Positions 17,995 to 31,830 of a stretch of 64,000 bases of DNA are shown one piece after another. The translations under genes and the position numbers were made by a program. Source of the stretch: the human T2T-CHM13v2.0 reference genome, Homo sapiens. The DNA lies in NCBI RefSeq assembly GCF_009914755.1, contig NC_060930.1; one strand, 5' to 3'. Positions within the stretch are counted from its first letter, which is position 1, and the number at the start of each line of letters is the position of its first letter. The notes under the pieces are model-generated. The model was not told the DNA's origin, made no database searches, and saw nothing but the letters and a program-made list of their open reading frames with translations.

Positions 17995-20015
17995 TGTACA
18001 TAAAAGCTATAAAGAATTTATCAAAAAACTGTTAGAAATAATAAATGAATTCAATAAGGTTGCAGGATACAAATCAACATATAAAAATTATTTCCATACA
18101 CTAACAACAATCTAAAAAAGAAATCAAGAAAACAACCCCACTTACAATAGCTACAAAAAAAAGAAAAATAACATACTTAAGAATTAACATAACCAAGGAG
18201 GTTAAAGATTTGTACACAAAAAAACTATAAAGCATTGATTAAAGTAATTGAAAAAGACACAAATAATTGGAAAAACATCCTATGGATATATCCTGCAAAT
18301 TGGAAGAAATAATATTGTTAAAACGTTCATGCTATTCAAAGTAATCTACAGAGTCAGCATAATCTCATCAAAATATCGATGACATGTTTCACAGAAATGG
18401 GAAAAAATCCTATAATTCTATGGAACTAAAAAAATAACCCAAGTAGCCAAAGCAATCTTGCAAAAAATGAACAAAGCTGCAGGTATTATACTACCTGATT
18501 TGAAAATACACTCCAAAGCTAAAGCGATTAAGACAGCATGGTACTGGCATAAAAACAGACAGAAAGACCAATGGAAAAAAATAAAGAACTCAGAAATAAA
18601 TGTATGCATTTACAGTCCATTGATTTTTGACAAAAGTGCCAATAGCACACAATGGAGAAAAGACAGTTCCTTCAACAACTAATGTTGGAACAATTGGATA
18701 TTTGCATGCCAGTAGAATGAAATTGGACCCTAATCTCACACAATATTTTTTTAAAAAACTGAAAATGGATTAAAGACATTTGGATTAAATGTGTAATTTG
18801 AAATTGTAAAAATACTAGAAGAAAATATTGGGGAAAAAGTTCCATGACATTGATCTGGGAAAGACTTTTTGGATATGACCTTGAAAGTACTGGCAATAAA
18901 GCCAAAAAGAGACAATTTTGACTACATCAAACAAAAATGCTTCAGCACAGCCAAGCGAACAATCAACTGAGTGAAGAGACAACCTTTGTAATCGGCCAAG
19001 CACACATCTGTTAAGAGGTTACTATTCAAAATATATATTACAAATAACCCAATTAAAGAAAACAAATAACCTGGTTACGATCAAATGACCTGAAGAGACA
19101 TTTCTCAGAAGAAGACATGCAAATGGCCAACAGGTATATGAAAAAATACTAAATTAATAGTCAGCAGAGAAAGGCAAATGAAAACCACAATGAGATATAA
19201 CCTTATATCTGTTAGAATAATTAATATTAAAAAGACAAAAGGTAACACATGCTGATAAGGATGTCAAGAAAAAGGAACTCTTCCGCACTGTTGATGCGAA
19301 TGTGAGTAAGTATAGCCATTATAGAAAATAGTATGAAAGTTCTTTAAAAAATTAAAAATAAAACCACCATATGATCAAGGAATCCCATTACTTGGTATAT
19401 ATCCAAGGAAATGAAATCAGCATATCAAAGAAATATGTGCACTCCAATGTTTATTGCAGCACCATTCATAATAGCCAAGACATGGAATCAACCTAAGTGT
19501 TCATCAGCGGATGAATGGATAAATAAAATATGGCATATGTACACAATAGAATACTATTCAGTCTTAAAAAAGAAGCAAATTCTGTCATTTGTGACAACAT
19601 GGATGAACCTGGAGAACGTTATTTTAAGTGAAGTAAGCTAGGAACAGAAAGACAAATGCTACATGATCTCACATTATGCAGAATTTTTAAAAGTTGAAAT
19701 CATAGAAATAGAGAGTAGAATTGTGGTTACTAGGGGCTGGGAGGGGATGTGGTGGGGAGATGTTGGTAAATGGATACAATATTTCAGTTATATAGGAGAA
19801 ATAAGTTCAAGAGATCTATTGTACAACATGGTGACTGTAGTTAATAACGTTTTGTATTCTTGAAAATTGCCAAAAGAATAGATGAGTTTTCTCACCACAA
19901 AAAAGTATGTGAGGTATTGCATACGTTGATTAGCCATTTCACAAGGTATACATATTTCAAGATATCATGTTGTACATGATAAATATAATTTTTATTTGCC
20001 AACTATAACAATAAA
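17995..20015 (+). mobile_element. 5'-truncated L1MA (ORF2 3' half plus 3' UTR)
   Basis: NKAAGIILPDLK..KTAWYWHKNR and CTPMFIAA..AKTWNQPKC fragments; L1MA-type 3' UTR (GAATAAGTTCAAGAGATCTATTGTACAACATGG-like). Confidence 0.88.
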
Positions 20016-20360
20016 CGAATAATAGTGTATGACAGGTAAAAAAAGATTGTAAGCAAATTATTTTCTTATATTACAAAGAAAAACAAACCTTTGATTCCTT
20101 TGATTTAAAACCTCATCAGTTTTTAACTTCCAAATCCACAGGTGTACCTACCATTTCTGCCTTCATTTCTCTAACTGTGGTGAACTCCTCCGGCTATGCT
20201 CAGTATGGTAACTGCTGCTGCTTTCTCAGGTGTATAATGCCAATGACTATTGGCTCCCTTTTCTGTTTCTTTATCCTCACTTCGCACAGTTCTTACTGTC
20301 CTTCCTTTTCTGTTTTGAGAAAACAGGGCTCAAATTGTCTGTGAACCTCTCTAGTGGTAT

Positions 20361-21198
20361 TGAAATGGGAAAAGTTCCCTTGTCCCCCTCGCAGGGCATG
20401 CGATGGGGATGTGGCTCGCTTTTTCAGGGCCCCACTGCTCAAACAACTAGGGGAGCTTACAGACAGGCAGACTGTGGAGCTCCAACCCCATGGCAGTGTT
20501 TAGGGGTGAATGTTTGCAGCTTCTGAAGCCCCAGTGGGCGTGTGTTACAGGGTGCTCTTAATTTGCTGTCTACAGGTGGCTTGTGTTAGCCCAATTAGAC
20601 CTTCTACCTTGTCCGAGGACAGAGGGCTTTCTGTATCCCAGGGTTTCTTGCCTTGGTGTACCGGGAGAATTAGATCACACGTGGGCTTGGAGAATTAGTG
20701 TAAAGCTTTATTGAGTGGAAGTAGCTCTCAACTGATGGGGGAGCCAGAAGGGAAATGGTCTTCCCCTGGAGTTGGGCCACTCGGCCTTGCTCTCCTCTGC
20801 CGCGGCCAAACTCCACCTCCTCCCACCAGCTGATGGCCTGCTGGTATGCTGGTGCCTGTCTGTGTGCTCTTCTGCCTGCGTGCTCCTCTTGACATCCTCT
20901 CGAGGACCAGCCGCTTGCATCTTCTTTCGCCAATGTACTCCTCTGGACATCTGGCCACCTGTGTGTCTGCCTGCTGGGGCCTCGGGTTTTTATAGGCCAA
21001 GGATGGGGGCATGGTGGGTCAGGGTGGACTTTTGAAATGCAACATTTGGGCGAAAAAGCAGGAGTGCCTGTCCTCACCTAGGTCCGTGGGATGGAGCCCT
21101 AGTCAGGGAACACACCTTCCTCTACCCAGCACTTCTCTTCTCCCCTTTTGTATCATTTAAAGGGACCACGTTCTTCCCTTCCCAGCACTCCCTTATCA
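20361..21198 (-). mobile_element. Solo ERV1-class LTR (LTR1-like)
   Basis: 838-bp GC-rich block with TG...CA termini and a 4-bp TSD GTAT (20357-20360 / 21199-21202); family name from recall of the TGAAATGGGAAAAGTTCCCTTGTCCCC end. Confidence 0.85.
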
Positions 21199-22004
21199 GT
21201 ATGCTAGCATATTGCTTTTGGGATTCACTTCTCTAGGTTTTATTGTGTGTATTTTACTTTTTTTGTTTTTAATGTTTCTTTACTTATTTTCTTTAGTATA
21301 CTGAAACTGAACAGCCTTAGATGTAACAAAATGCTATATTTGTTCAGAGCTGTGAGTTAATCATTGGAAGAGCATCAGAAAGTAAAGAAAACGAATGGGA
21401 TATAAACAGAATGTGAGAATTGCAGTGGCATTGATAAAACAGATGGCAACTGATTTTGATTAAAGGGTTATGAGTTTGAATTAAAACAAAATATGGCGTG
21501 AGATTTGGTTGAATTTAGAATAGAAGTAAAAGCTGCAGATAAATAAAGTGAAAGTCAGTGGTACATGGTTAATATTTAAAGCAAAAAAAAAGTGAAAGAG
21601 GTAGACTACATTGAGACAGAAGAGCATGTTGTCAAAGTATGAGGCTTGGATGTTTCCCACTTTGGAAATATTTGATGAGAAATACGTGTTGACCAAAAAA
21701 AATTTTTTATCATCTAATAAGCAAATGTGTCAGAAAATTTTGACTTAAAATAATATTTGCAACCAACTAAATTATATCATTCATTATCTCTACTTATTCA
21801 TCTATTCTGTGAACATAATATTCTGGAATAATATTCTATGGTGAATGAAATAAACTATGGGATGTGAGAAATACTAAAACGTATACTTCCTGTAAGATGT
21901 GTGTTAACTGGGAGCATAAAAAGTAGTAAGAAAGCAAAAACTTTCATGCACAAACCCTCTAGGATGTTCAATGTCATGGTAGTTTTATGGTATGTTTATA
22001 TATA

Positions 22005-25000
22005 TTTTAAATTTTATTTTATTTTAGGTTCCAGGATACATGTGCAGACGTGCAGGTTTGTTACATAGGTAAACGTGTGCCATGGTGATTTGCTGCACCT
22101 AACCACCCATCACCTAGGTATTAAGCCCTGCATGCATTAGCCATTTGTCCTGATGCTCTCCCACCCTCCACCCGCTGACAGGCCCTGGTGTGTGTTGTTC
22201 CCTCCCTGTGTCCATGTGTTCTCTTTATTCTACTCCCACTTATTAGTGAGAACATGCGGTGTTTGGTTTTCTGTTTCAGTTACTTTGTTGAGGATGATGG
22301 CTTCCAGCTTCATCTATGTCCCTGCAAAGGACATGATCCCATTCCTTTTTATGGCTGCATAGTATTCCATGATATATATGTACTACATTTTATGTATTCT
22401 ATCATTGATGGGCATTTGGATTGATTCCAAGTCTTTGCTATTGTGAATAGTGCTGCAATAAACATATGTGTGTGTATCTTTATAATAGAATGATTTATAT
22501 TCCTTTGGTTATATACCCAGTAATGGGATTGCTGGGCTAAATGGTATTTCTGGTTCTAGATCCTTGAGGAATTGCCACACTGTCTTCCACAATGGTTGAA
22601 CTAATTTACATTCCCTCCAACAGTGTAAAAGTGTTCCTATTTCTCCACAGCCTTGCCAGCATCTATTGTTTCTTGACTTTTTGATAATTGCTCTTCTGAC
22701 TGGCATAAGATGGTAGCTCATTGTGGTTTTAATTTGTATTTCTCTAACAATCAGTGATGTTGAGCTTTTCTTCATAATTTGTTGGCTGTGTAAGTATCTT
22801 CTGAGAAGTGTCTGTTCATATCCTTTGCCCACTTTTTGATGGGGTTATTTGTTTTATTATTGTAAATTTGTTTAAGTGCCTTGTAAATTCTGGATATTAG
22901 ACCTTTATCAGATGGGTAGATTGCAAAATTTTTTTCCCATTCTTCAGGTTGCCTGTTCACTCTGATGGTAGTTTCTTTTGGTGTGCAGAAGCTCTTTAGT
23001 TAATTAGATCCTGCTTGTCAATTTTTGCTTTTGTTGCAATTGCTTTTGACAATTTCATCATAAAATTTTTGCCCATGCCTATTCTCTGAATGGTATTACC
23101 TACATTTTCTTCTAGGATTTTTATCGTTTTAGGTTTTACATTTAAGTCTTTAATACATCTTGAGCTAATTTTTGTATAAGGTGTAAGGAAGGGGTCTAGT
23201 TTCAGTTTGCTGCATATGGCTAGCCCATTTTCCCAGCACCATTTATTAAATAGGGAATCATTTCCCCATTGCTTGTTTTTGTCAGGTTTGTTGCAATTCA
23301 GATGGTTGTAGATGTGCCGTCTTATTTCTGATCTGTTGGTCTATGTGTCTGCTTTGGTACCAGTACCATGCTGTTTTGGTTACTGTAGCCTTGTATTATA
23401 GTTTGAAGTCAGGTGGCATTATGCCTCCAGCTGTGTTCTTTTTGCTTAGGATTGTCTTGGCTATACAGGCTCCTTCTTGGTTCCATATGAGTTTTAAAGT
23501 AGCCTTTTTTTTTTAATTCTCTGAAGAATGTCAATGGTAGTTTGATGGGAATAGCACTGAATCTATAAATTACTTTGGACAGTATGGCTATTTTCACAAT
23601 ATTGGTTCCTCGTATCCACAAGGATGAAATGTTTTTCCATTTGTTTGTGTCCTCTCCTAATTCCTTGAGAAGTGGTTTGTAGTTCTCCTTGAAGTCTTTC
23701 ACATCCCTTGTTAGCTGTATTCCTAGGTATTTTATTCTCTTTGTAGCAATTATGAATGAAGGTTCATTCATGATTTGGTTCTCTGTTTGTCTATTGTTGG
23801 TGTATAGAAATGCTTGTGATTTTTGCACATTGATTTTGTATCCTGAGACTTTGCTGAAGTTGTTTATCAGCTTAAGGAGATTTTGGGCTGAGACGATGGG
23901 GTTTTCTAAATATACAATGTCATCTGCAAACAGAGACAATTTGATTTCCAGTCTTTTTATTCAAATACGCTTTATTTCTTTCTCTTGCCTGATTGCCCTG
24001 GCCAGAACATCCAATACTATGTTGAATAGGAATGGTGAAAGAGGATTTCCCTGTCTTGTGATAGTTTTCAAAGGGAATGCTTCCAGCTTTTGCCTATTCA
24101 GTATGATATTGGCTGTGGGTTTGTCATAAATAGCTCTTATTATTTTGAGATATGTTCCATCAATACCTAGTTTATTGAAAGTTTTTAGTATGAAGGGATG
24201 TTGAAATTTATCGGAGGCCTTTTCTGCATCTATTTAGATAATCATGTGGTTTTTGTCATTGGTTCTGTTTATGTGATGAATTGCATTTATTGATTTGTGT
24301 CTGTTGAACCAGCCTTCATCCCAGGGATGAAGCCGACTTGATTGTGGAAGATAAGCTTTTTGATGTGCTGCTGGATTTGATTTGCCAGTATTTTATTGAG
24401 GATTTTCACATTGATGTTCATCAGAGATATTGGCCAGAAGTTTTCTTATTTTGTTCCGTCTCTGCCAGGTTTTAGTATCAGGATGATGCTGGGCTTATAA
24501 AATTAGTTAGGGAGAAGTCCCTCCTTTTGAATTGTTTGAAATAGTTCCAGAAGGAGTGGTACCAACTCCTTTTTGTACCTCTGGTGGAATTCGACTGTGA
24601 GTCCATCTGGTGCTGGGCTTTTTTTGGTTGTTAGGCTATTTATTACTGCTTCAATTTCAGAATTTGTTATTGGTCTATTCAAGGATTTGAATTCTTCCTG
24701 GTGTAGTCTTGGGAGGGTGTATGCATCCAGGAATTTATTCATTTCTTCTAGATTTTCTAGTTTGTTTGCATGAGATATTTATAGTATTCTCTGATGGTAG
24801 TTTGTATTTTTATGGGGTCAGTGGTGATATGCCCTTTATCATTTATATTGTGTCTATTTGATTCTTCTCTTTTTTCTTCTTTATTAGTCTAGCTAGCAGT
24901 CTATTTTATTAATGTCTTCAAAAAAGAAACAACTTCTGGATTTATTGATTTGCTGAAGCATTTTCTTGTGTCTGTCTCTTCTTCAGTTCTTCTCCGATCT

Positions 25001-26110
25001 TAGTTATTTCTTGTTTTCTGCTAAATTTTGGATTTATTTGCCCTTGCTCCTCTAGTTCTTTTGTTGTGATGTTAGGGTGTCAGTTTGAGTTCTTTCTAGT
25101 GCTACAAATTTCCCTCTAAACATTGCTTTAGCTGCATCCCAGAGATTCTGGTATGTTGTCTCTTTGTTCTTATTGGTTTCAAGAATGGTTTAGTTTCTGC
25201 CTTAATTTCATTATTTACCTAGAAGTCAGTCAGGAGCAGGTTGTTCAATTTCCATGTCATTGTTGGTTTTGAGTGAGGTTCTTAATCCTGAGTTCTAATT
25301 TGATTGAACTGTGGTCTGAGAGACTGTTTGTTATGATTTCAGTTCTTTTGCATTTGTTGAGGAGTGCTTCACTTCCCATTATGTGATCGATTTTAGAGTA
25401 AATGCCACGTGGCACTGAGAAGAATGTATATTCTGTTGTTTCAGGCTGGAAGGGCTTGCAGATATCTATCAGGTTCACTTGATCCAGAGCCAAGTTCAAG
25501 TCCTGAATATCCTTGTTAGTTTTCTGTCTTGATGATCTGTCTAATGTTGAGAATGGGGTGTTAAAGTCTCTTAGTATTATTGTGTGGAAGTCTACGTCTC
25601 TTTGTAGCTCTCTAAGAGCTTGCTTCATGAATCTGGGTGCTCCTGTATTGGGTGCATATACATTTAGGATAGTTAGCTCTCCTTGTTGAAGTGACCCCTT
25701 TACCATTATGTTATCCCCTCCTTTGTGTTTTTTATCTTTTTTGGTTTAAAGTCTGTTTTATCAGAAACTAGGATTACAATCCTTGCTTTTCTCTACTTTC
25801 CATTTGCTTGGTAAATTTTTTCCATCCCTTTATTTTGAGCCTATGTGTGTCCTGGCACATGTCAAGGATCTCCTGAATACAGCACACTGAGGGGTCTTGA
25901 CTCTTTATCCAATTTGCCAGTCTGTGTCTTTTAATTGGGTCATTTAGCCCATTTACATTTAAGGTTAATATTGTTATATGTGAATTTGATCCTGTCATCA
26001 TGATGCTAGCTGGTTATTTTGCACACGAGTTGATGCAGTTTCTTTATAGTGTCATTGATCCTTGTATTTCAGTGTGTTTTTGCAGTGGCTGATACTGGTT
26101 TTTCCTTTCT
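22005..26110 (-). mobile_element. 5'-truncated L1PA (PA8-like): end of ORF1, whole decayed ORF2, 3' UTR
   Basis: MMTGSNSHITILTLNVNGLN (ORF2 start, 26001), [13 protein letters not shown] (RT), [15 protein letters not shown] (C-terminal domain); T-rich tail at about 22005-22025. Confidence 0.93.
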
Positions 26111-26129
26111 GCCCCCCATGTTCATATAT

Positions 26130-26900
26130 TTATTCAGGAGTATTTACCACCTATGATAGGCCAGGAATTATTCTCTTCTTGGCCCTAAAGATAAAGAGGT
26201 GAACAGGATACATAATTCTGATAATAATAACTTTAGATAACTGCTATGAAATGAAAGACAGAGTGGAGTTATCAAGAGTTATTGAGTGGGGGAGTGGTGA
26301 GAAGTTGTAATTTTAAATAGATTAGTCAAGTAACTCTCACTACCACCACCACCACCATTTCAGGCAGTACCATGTGATTTAAGGAGGAATAGAAAACATT
26401 AGGTGGAATGATGGAGGAGAAAGTAGATTTTGAATTGAACTATAAAGAATGAAGAGAATTTTGAACAAATAAGGGAGGAGATGTGAATTCCAAATTAAGG
26501 GAATCGTCATAATAGTGGTATGTAGTCAGGAAAGATCAAGCCATACCTGGAGAAGAATTATTTAGGGTTCCTGCAGGAGATGAGTTACAAAGTAGGTAGT
26601 ACTTAGATTTTATAGACAGTGGTTACAAATATATTTAGTTAAATGAAGAGTGTGCCAGTAAGCCAGTAGAGTTTATTAAAACAAAAACAGTATAGGAGAC
26701 TGTACATAACACCATGTTAAGAAAGTTAACTCAGAAATGATGTGCAGGGTACATTAAACAGAATAGGAATGGAGACAAGGCACTCCACTAGAACACTATG
26801 ACAACATTACACAAAAGAGGGGCTGGGAAGTCAAGACTTAATCAAGGGAGGCATCAGTAGGTATGGGAAGAAAAAGAAGACGGTCCTGAGAGAATAGTGA
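26130..26900 (+). mobile_element. Degenerate L2 fragments
   Basis: TTTATTCAGGAGTATTTACC..TGATAGGCCAGG and purine-rich L2-like tracts. Confidence 0.45.
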
Positions 26901-28005
26901 AGAAAGACACTAGACAACTTGTATCTACCTGATCTATAAGCCTTTTTCTATCTCTCTTTCAATCTCTTAGGCTCTTACATTGTATGTTATTTATTTTCCC
27001 TTCTTGGTATCTCTAAGTCTCTTTATCTTTTAAATTTTCTCTCCAGTGTCTGTATTTATTTCTCTCTTCCACCACTTAGTCTTCCTTCCCATTTGTCTTG
27101 ACTTCATAACTGTACTTTACATGGTAATAACACATAGAAAATAGTAATTAAGTACTTTTACTTTTAACATTAGTAATTTCTACTTTTTTTTCTAAATTTA
27201 GTCATTATATAACTAAGACTTTTTATTCCCCATCAAAAAACCCTTGTTTTTTCTGTATGTTTTATCTGATTCTGTTTTCTAAATTTTTAGCGAAAAAAGT
27301 TTCCCAAATTTAAGATACTCTATAAAATAGTAATATGTTTTGGGGACTTAGTTTTAGAAAAATCCCTCAGGAAATTCTGCCTTTTGAATAGAATAAAGAA
27401 TGCATGTCAAATGGGATTGAAAATTATGACTGTCTTCATTCCAATGTGAAGATAAATTGGCCTTGGCCCATGCAGCAGGTGATAAAATTAAAATTAGCTA
27501 CCAACAGATCTGGAGGTAAAACATCACTTTACTGTGTTTACATTTCTTAATCTATTGGTGATGATGTTTTATTAAGAAGGGCCTACTAAAGAAAGAAAGG
27601 TCAAAAGCATGGCTTAAGTAGTAAGAACAGAAAAATATGACACACATATGAGGAATGTGAAGAAAAATATTTCACATTATTTAATATACAGAAAGCAATA
27701 TGAAAAAGCAGGGAAATTTTCAAGTGATGAAGTCCATTAAACAAATATCTCATGAAAGAGGGAAACAGTCTTTGAATGCAAAATTCAGGAATGGAAAAAT
27801 AAATAAGAAGATAATATCTAAAGAGAGCAACATTGATATCTCTCATAGAACTAACTAAAGCTCAAGAATAAGTACACTTAGACTGGAGTGTATCAACTCT
27901 TCAATATCTGTCCCAACATTGCAATTATCTTTTAAACTTTCAATAAAAACAGCTGACTGGTGAAAAAGTTAATTTTGTAGTATAAGATTATTGAACCTGT
28001 GAGGT

Positions 28006-28971
28006 TCAATAAGTGAGTTTACTATCCAAAGAGGAAATTGGTGGCTGCCACTTGCTCCCTATAGTTTTGACAGCTTCTTTGATGTCCTTATTCCTCAATG
28101 TGTAAATTATAGGGTTTAGCATGGGGGTAACAACACTGTACAACACTGAAACCAACCTATCTTTCTTTAATGAGTAAGTTGAGATGGGCCGTACATATGT
28201 AAAGATGGCGCTGCCATAAAAGAGAAAGACAATGGCCAGGTGGGAGGCACATGTAGAAAAGGCTTTTCGTCTTCCCTCTGAGGACTGGATCCTCAAGATG
28301 GTGGAGATTATGCAAATGTAGGAAAGTACGATACAAAGGAAAGGAGTCCAACCAATGAAGACCCCAGTGGATAGCAGTGCCAACTCATTGACAGAAGTGT
28401 TTCCACAAGACAAGATCAGCAAAGGGGGGATGTCACAGAAGAAGTAATTAATCTGATTGTTGCCACAGAAGGGCAGGCAGAATGTCAACACTGTATGCAC
28501 CACTGAGTTAAGGAAACCAGCAGCCCAGCATGAGGCTGCTAATTGATTGCATAGAACCTTGCTCAGAATAACTGAATACCTTAAAGGATTGCAGATTGCA
28601 ATGTAACGATCATATGCCATTGCTGCCAGTAGGAGACACTCTGATCCTACAAAGAAAACAAATGCAAAAAGTTGAACCACACACCCCACATAAGAAATGC
28701 TTTTTTTCTTTGAGAGGAGGTGCACCATCATCTGGGGGACATTGCTGGTGGTGTAGCAGATGTCAATAAAGGCCAAGTTCCCTAGAAAATAATACATAGG
28801 TGTATGCAGGTGTGGATCAGTCACAGTCGTCAAGATAATTAATATATTTCCTCCCAAAGTACAGAAATAAGTCAGAAAGAAGATGGTGAATAGTAAAAAC
28901 TGCAATTCATTTAGGTTGGAGAATCCCAAGATGATGAATTCAGTTATAGCTGTTTGATTCTTTCTTTCCAT
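28006..28971 (-). CDS. OR5V1: Olfactory receptor 5V1, 321 aa, single coding exon
   Basis: Intact 7TM ORF with [48 protein letters not shown] and an N-glycosylation site (NQT); N-terminus [12 protein letters not shown] recognised. Confidence 0.97.
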
Positions 28972-29053
28972 GATGTCGCCTGGTTTCCTTTCAGGAATTG
29001 GGCAAAGAGAAGACCAGATTATAAAAATGAATCATATGCTGCAATAGCATGAC

Positions 29054-29075
29054 CTGAAAAATAAGGGAAAAAACG
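29054..29075 (-). promoter_or_regulatory. Probable splice acceptor of the OR5V1 coding exon
   Basis: Minus strand TTTTTTCCCTTATTTTTCAG|GTCATG, 82 nt upstream of the ATG. Confidence 0.65.
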
Positions 29076-29959
29076 GTTACAAATAAAAGTAATCACCATT
29101 TATGTCAAACCAGAGAAGCAGCATTCTTTTGCAAACCATAGCTCCTACCTACCATGCAACACAGATATAAATACATCCAATGTTTCACCTGCAGATCAAA
29201 TCTTTTTAAATATACAACACTGGAAGTTTTAAATTAGAATACAAATGGACACCATATGTCCTAGAGTTCTCTGTTAATAATGGCTGGGTCATGCTCACCG
29301 GCATTTTCTTGGGGATGTGTGAACTTGTGCTGTAGAATGCGATTTCTAGAAGAATCTCTGGTATTCATTTGCTTCTTTGAAGCCATCCCTGCTCTCCTTT
29401 TTCATACTTCAACGTTAATATAAATTTTGTTTTATATTCTTTTCCGATTAAAATTAATGTATTTGTTTTAGAATATTTGGGAAAAATATAGAAAAGAAAA
29501 TTTAAAACATTAAAAATCTTTAGTAGTCACCAGAGAAAATCTCTATTAATGATTTGGTATATGTTCTTCTGATCCATTTTCCATATAGAAATGTTGAATA
29601 GAGGATCAAAAGTACCTATTTTAATCTGATTTTTCCTTAATTTTCCGTGGCAATACATTTTATGCTAAAACATGATCTTTGAGTTGTATTCAAGTATTTG
29701 TATGAATATAGCAAAGTTTTTATATATCCCACCCTTATTAATGAATATTTATATTGTTTTATTTGTTCATTTTTGATATGATAAATTTCAACAAGAAGCA
29801 TATTGAATTAGATTCCCTGAATTTGGGGTTAGGTTATCTGAATTTTTATAAACTTTCCAAGAGACTTATCCTAATGAATTAGAAACCTATTGCTATAGAT
29901 CATCAATCTGGAAAATTCAAGAGCTATTTGGCTGGTGCAGGAATTAGTGTCTGTTTCAA

Positions 29960-30150
29960 CAAATTATTGTTAAGTGCTTCATATAGAAGGATGCTGATAA
30001 TCTCTGAGCACTTCCTACACAGCATCTCATTTAGTCTTTACATAAATCCTTTAAGATAAGTAATATTTATCATTCCCATTCTCTGGATGAGAGCACCAAG
30101 CCTCAGCAAGATAAACGTCTGGAAGATGTCACGCAGCTAGCAGGTAAAAA
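29960..30150 (-). mobile_element. MIR
   Basis: ATCTCATTTAGTCTTTACA...TTATCATTCCCATT..GATGAG..GTCACGCAGCTAG core. Confidence 0.65.
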
Positions 30151-31114
30151 AAAGGTAGCTTTATCACTCCCAAAGCTAATATACTTTCAGTTGAGTGGCT
30201 AAAAATTTAATTTCCATTAACTTATGACAACAGAATGCCCTTAAAAAACACTTCTCTTGTTTTGAATATAACCTACGTTCATACAACTGAATTATTTTAA
30301 CTGGTTACAAATTGTTATGACTTCTATTTCTGACTGTTAATGGCAATGTGCTATGCCTGCAGTGTTTTGATGGTTAAATCCAATTGTTTCTAAATACCTG
30401 GTTTTTATTTGAATATGTTTATTTGAACAATCAATTTCTAGTGTAGTTTTTTATTTCCTGGACCAGCTATAGATTAATTTAAATGTTCATGTTTGTGTTA
30501 TTAAAAGATACTCTTCTAGAGCTTAGTTTAAGTTGGTTAATAAAAATGTTTAATAAAATTAAAACAGTTGTAGGGAGAATCCCCTAATTTAAAATGCTCA
30601 AGGCCTAATTCAAGTGAGAAAAATTAATCTGCAGTTTGATGTTTGAAGCAAATTATAAAAACTTAGATAAATAAAACAAAATAAAAACTTAAAAATGAAG
30701 ATAATTGTTGTATATTCATTCAAACTATATACTTTATCGATTGCCCTCACCTATAGACAAATATGCATTTCAATGTCAAGTTTGAGAGGTGGCTTAATTG
30801 TGCTTTTGTTGTAATTGCTGTCTTCTTTCCTCGTGAACTACTGTGGATATTTTTAATGAAGGGAGAGGATAAGTTGAAAAAATTCACATAATATAGTATT
30901 TCACATTACCACAACTGAATAAATTCACTGGGACAATTTTCATTCCATCTACAGAAGAACTCCAAAATTGTATTCTCAAATCAATCTTTTTCCCTATTCC
31001 AAATCTCTATCTCCCCTTTCATCTTTTTTAACATTTCCTTCCACTTCTGAGGAGGAATTAACCCTTCTACTCATTTTATTCAACAAATGTATTTTAAGGC
31101 AAAAATGTGGAAAA

Positions 31115-31830
31115 AAGGGAACTGGCACAGTGTTAATGGAAATGTAAATTAATAGAGCCATTTTGGAAAACAGTGCAGTTTCTTCAAAAAACTAAAAATG
31201 CAACTACTATGTGATCCAGCAATTCCACTTCTGGATATATATTCAAAGGAATTGAAATCAGTATCTCAAAGAGATATCTGCACTCCCATGGTCTTTGCAG
31301 CATTATTCACAGTAGCCATGGAAACAACCTAAATCTTCACCAATAGATGAATGACTAAAGAAATGTTATATATACCTGGTGGAATACTATGCAGCCTTTA
31401 AAAAAAGAAAATCCTGTCATTTCTGACATGGGTTAAGCTAGAGGACATTATGCTGAGTGAAATGAGCCAGGCACAGAAAGACAAGTATTGCATGATCTCC
31501 CTTATATGTGGAATCTAAAAAGGTCAAATCTATTGAGGTAGAAAATAGAATGGTGGTTACCAGAGTTTGAGGTAGGAGTGGACAGGGGTGGACTGGTCAA
31601 AGGGTACAAAGTTTCAGTTACACAGGAGAAGTAACTTCTAATGATTTATTGTATAGCATGGTGACTATAGTTAAAATGTATTGTATATTCCAAAATTGCT
31701 AATGGAGTGGATTTTAAATATTTTCCCCACAAAGTAATGATAAGTATGTGAGGTGGCAGATATGTTATTTAGCCTGCTGTACTCATTCCAAAATATATAC
31801 ATGCATTATAACATCACGTTATATATATAC
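31115..31830 (+). mobile_element. L1MA 3' end fragment
   Basis: GATCCAGCAATTCCACTTCTGG...TATGTGAGGTGGCAGATATGTT, L1MA-type 3' UTR. Confidence 0.8.

Noticed and set aside
20670-21077. Overlapping 80-135 aa ORFs
   Set aside because: They lie within a GC-rich solo LTR and show no recognisable protein motif.
27568-27573. AATAAA about 430 nt downstream of the OR5V1 stop as its poly-A signal
   Set aside because: Several equivalent hexamers occur in this AT-rich DNA; I cannot choose among them without 3'-end data.
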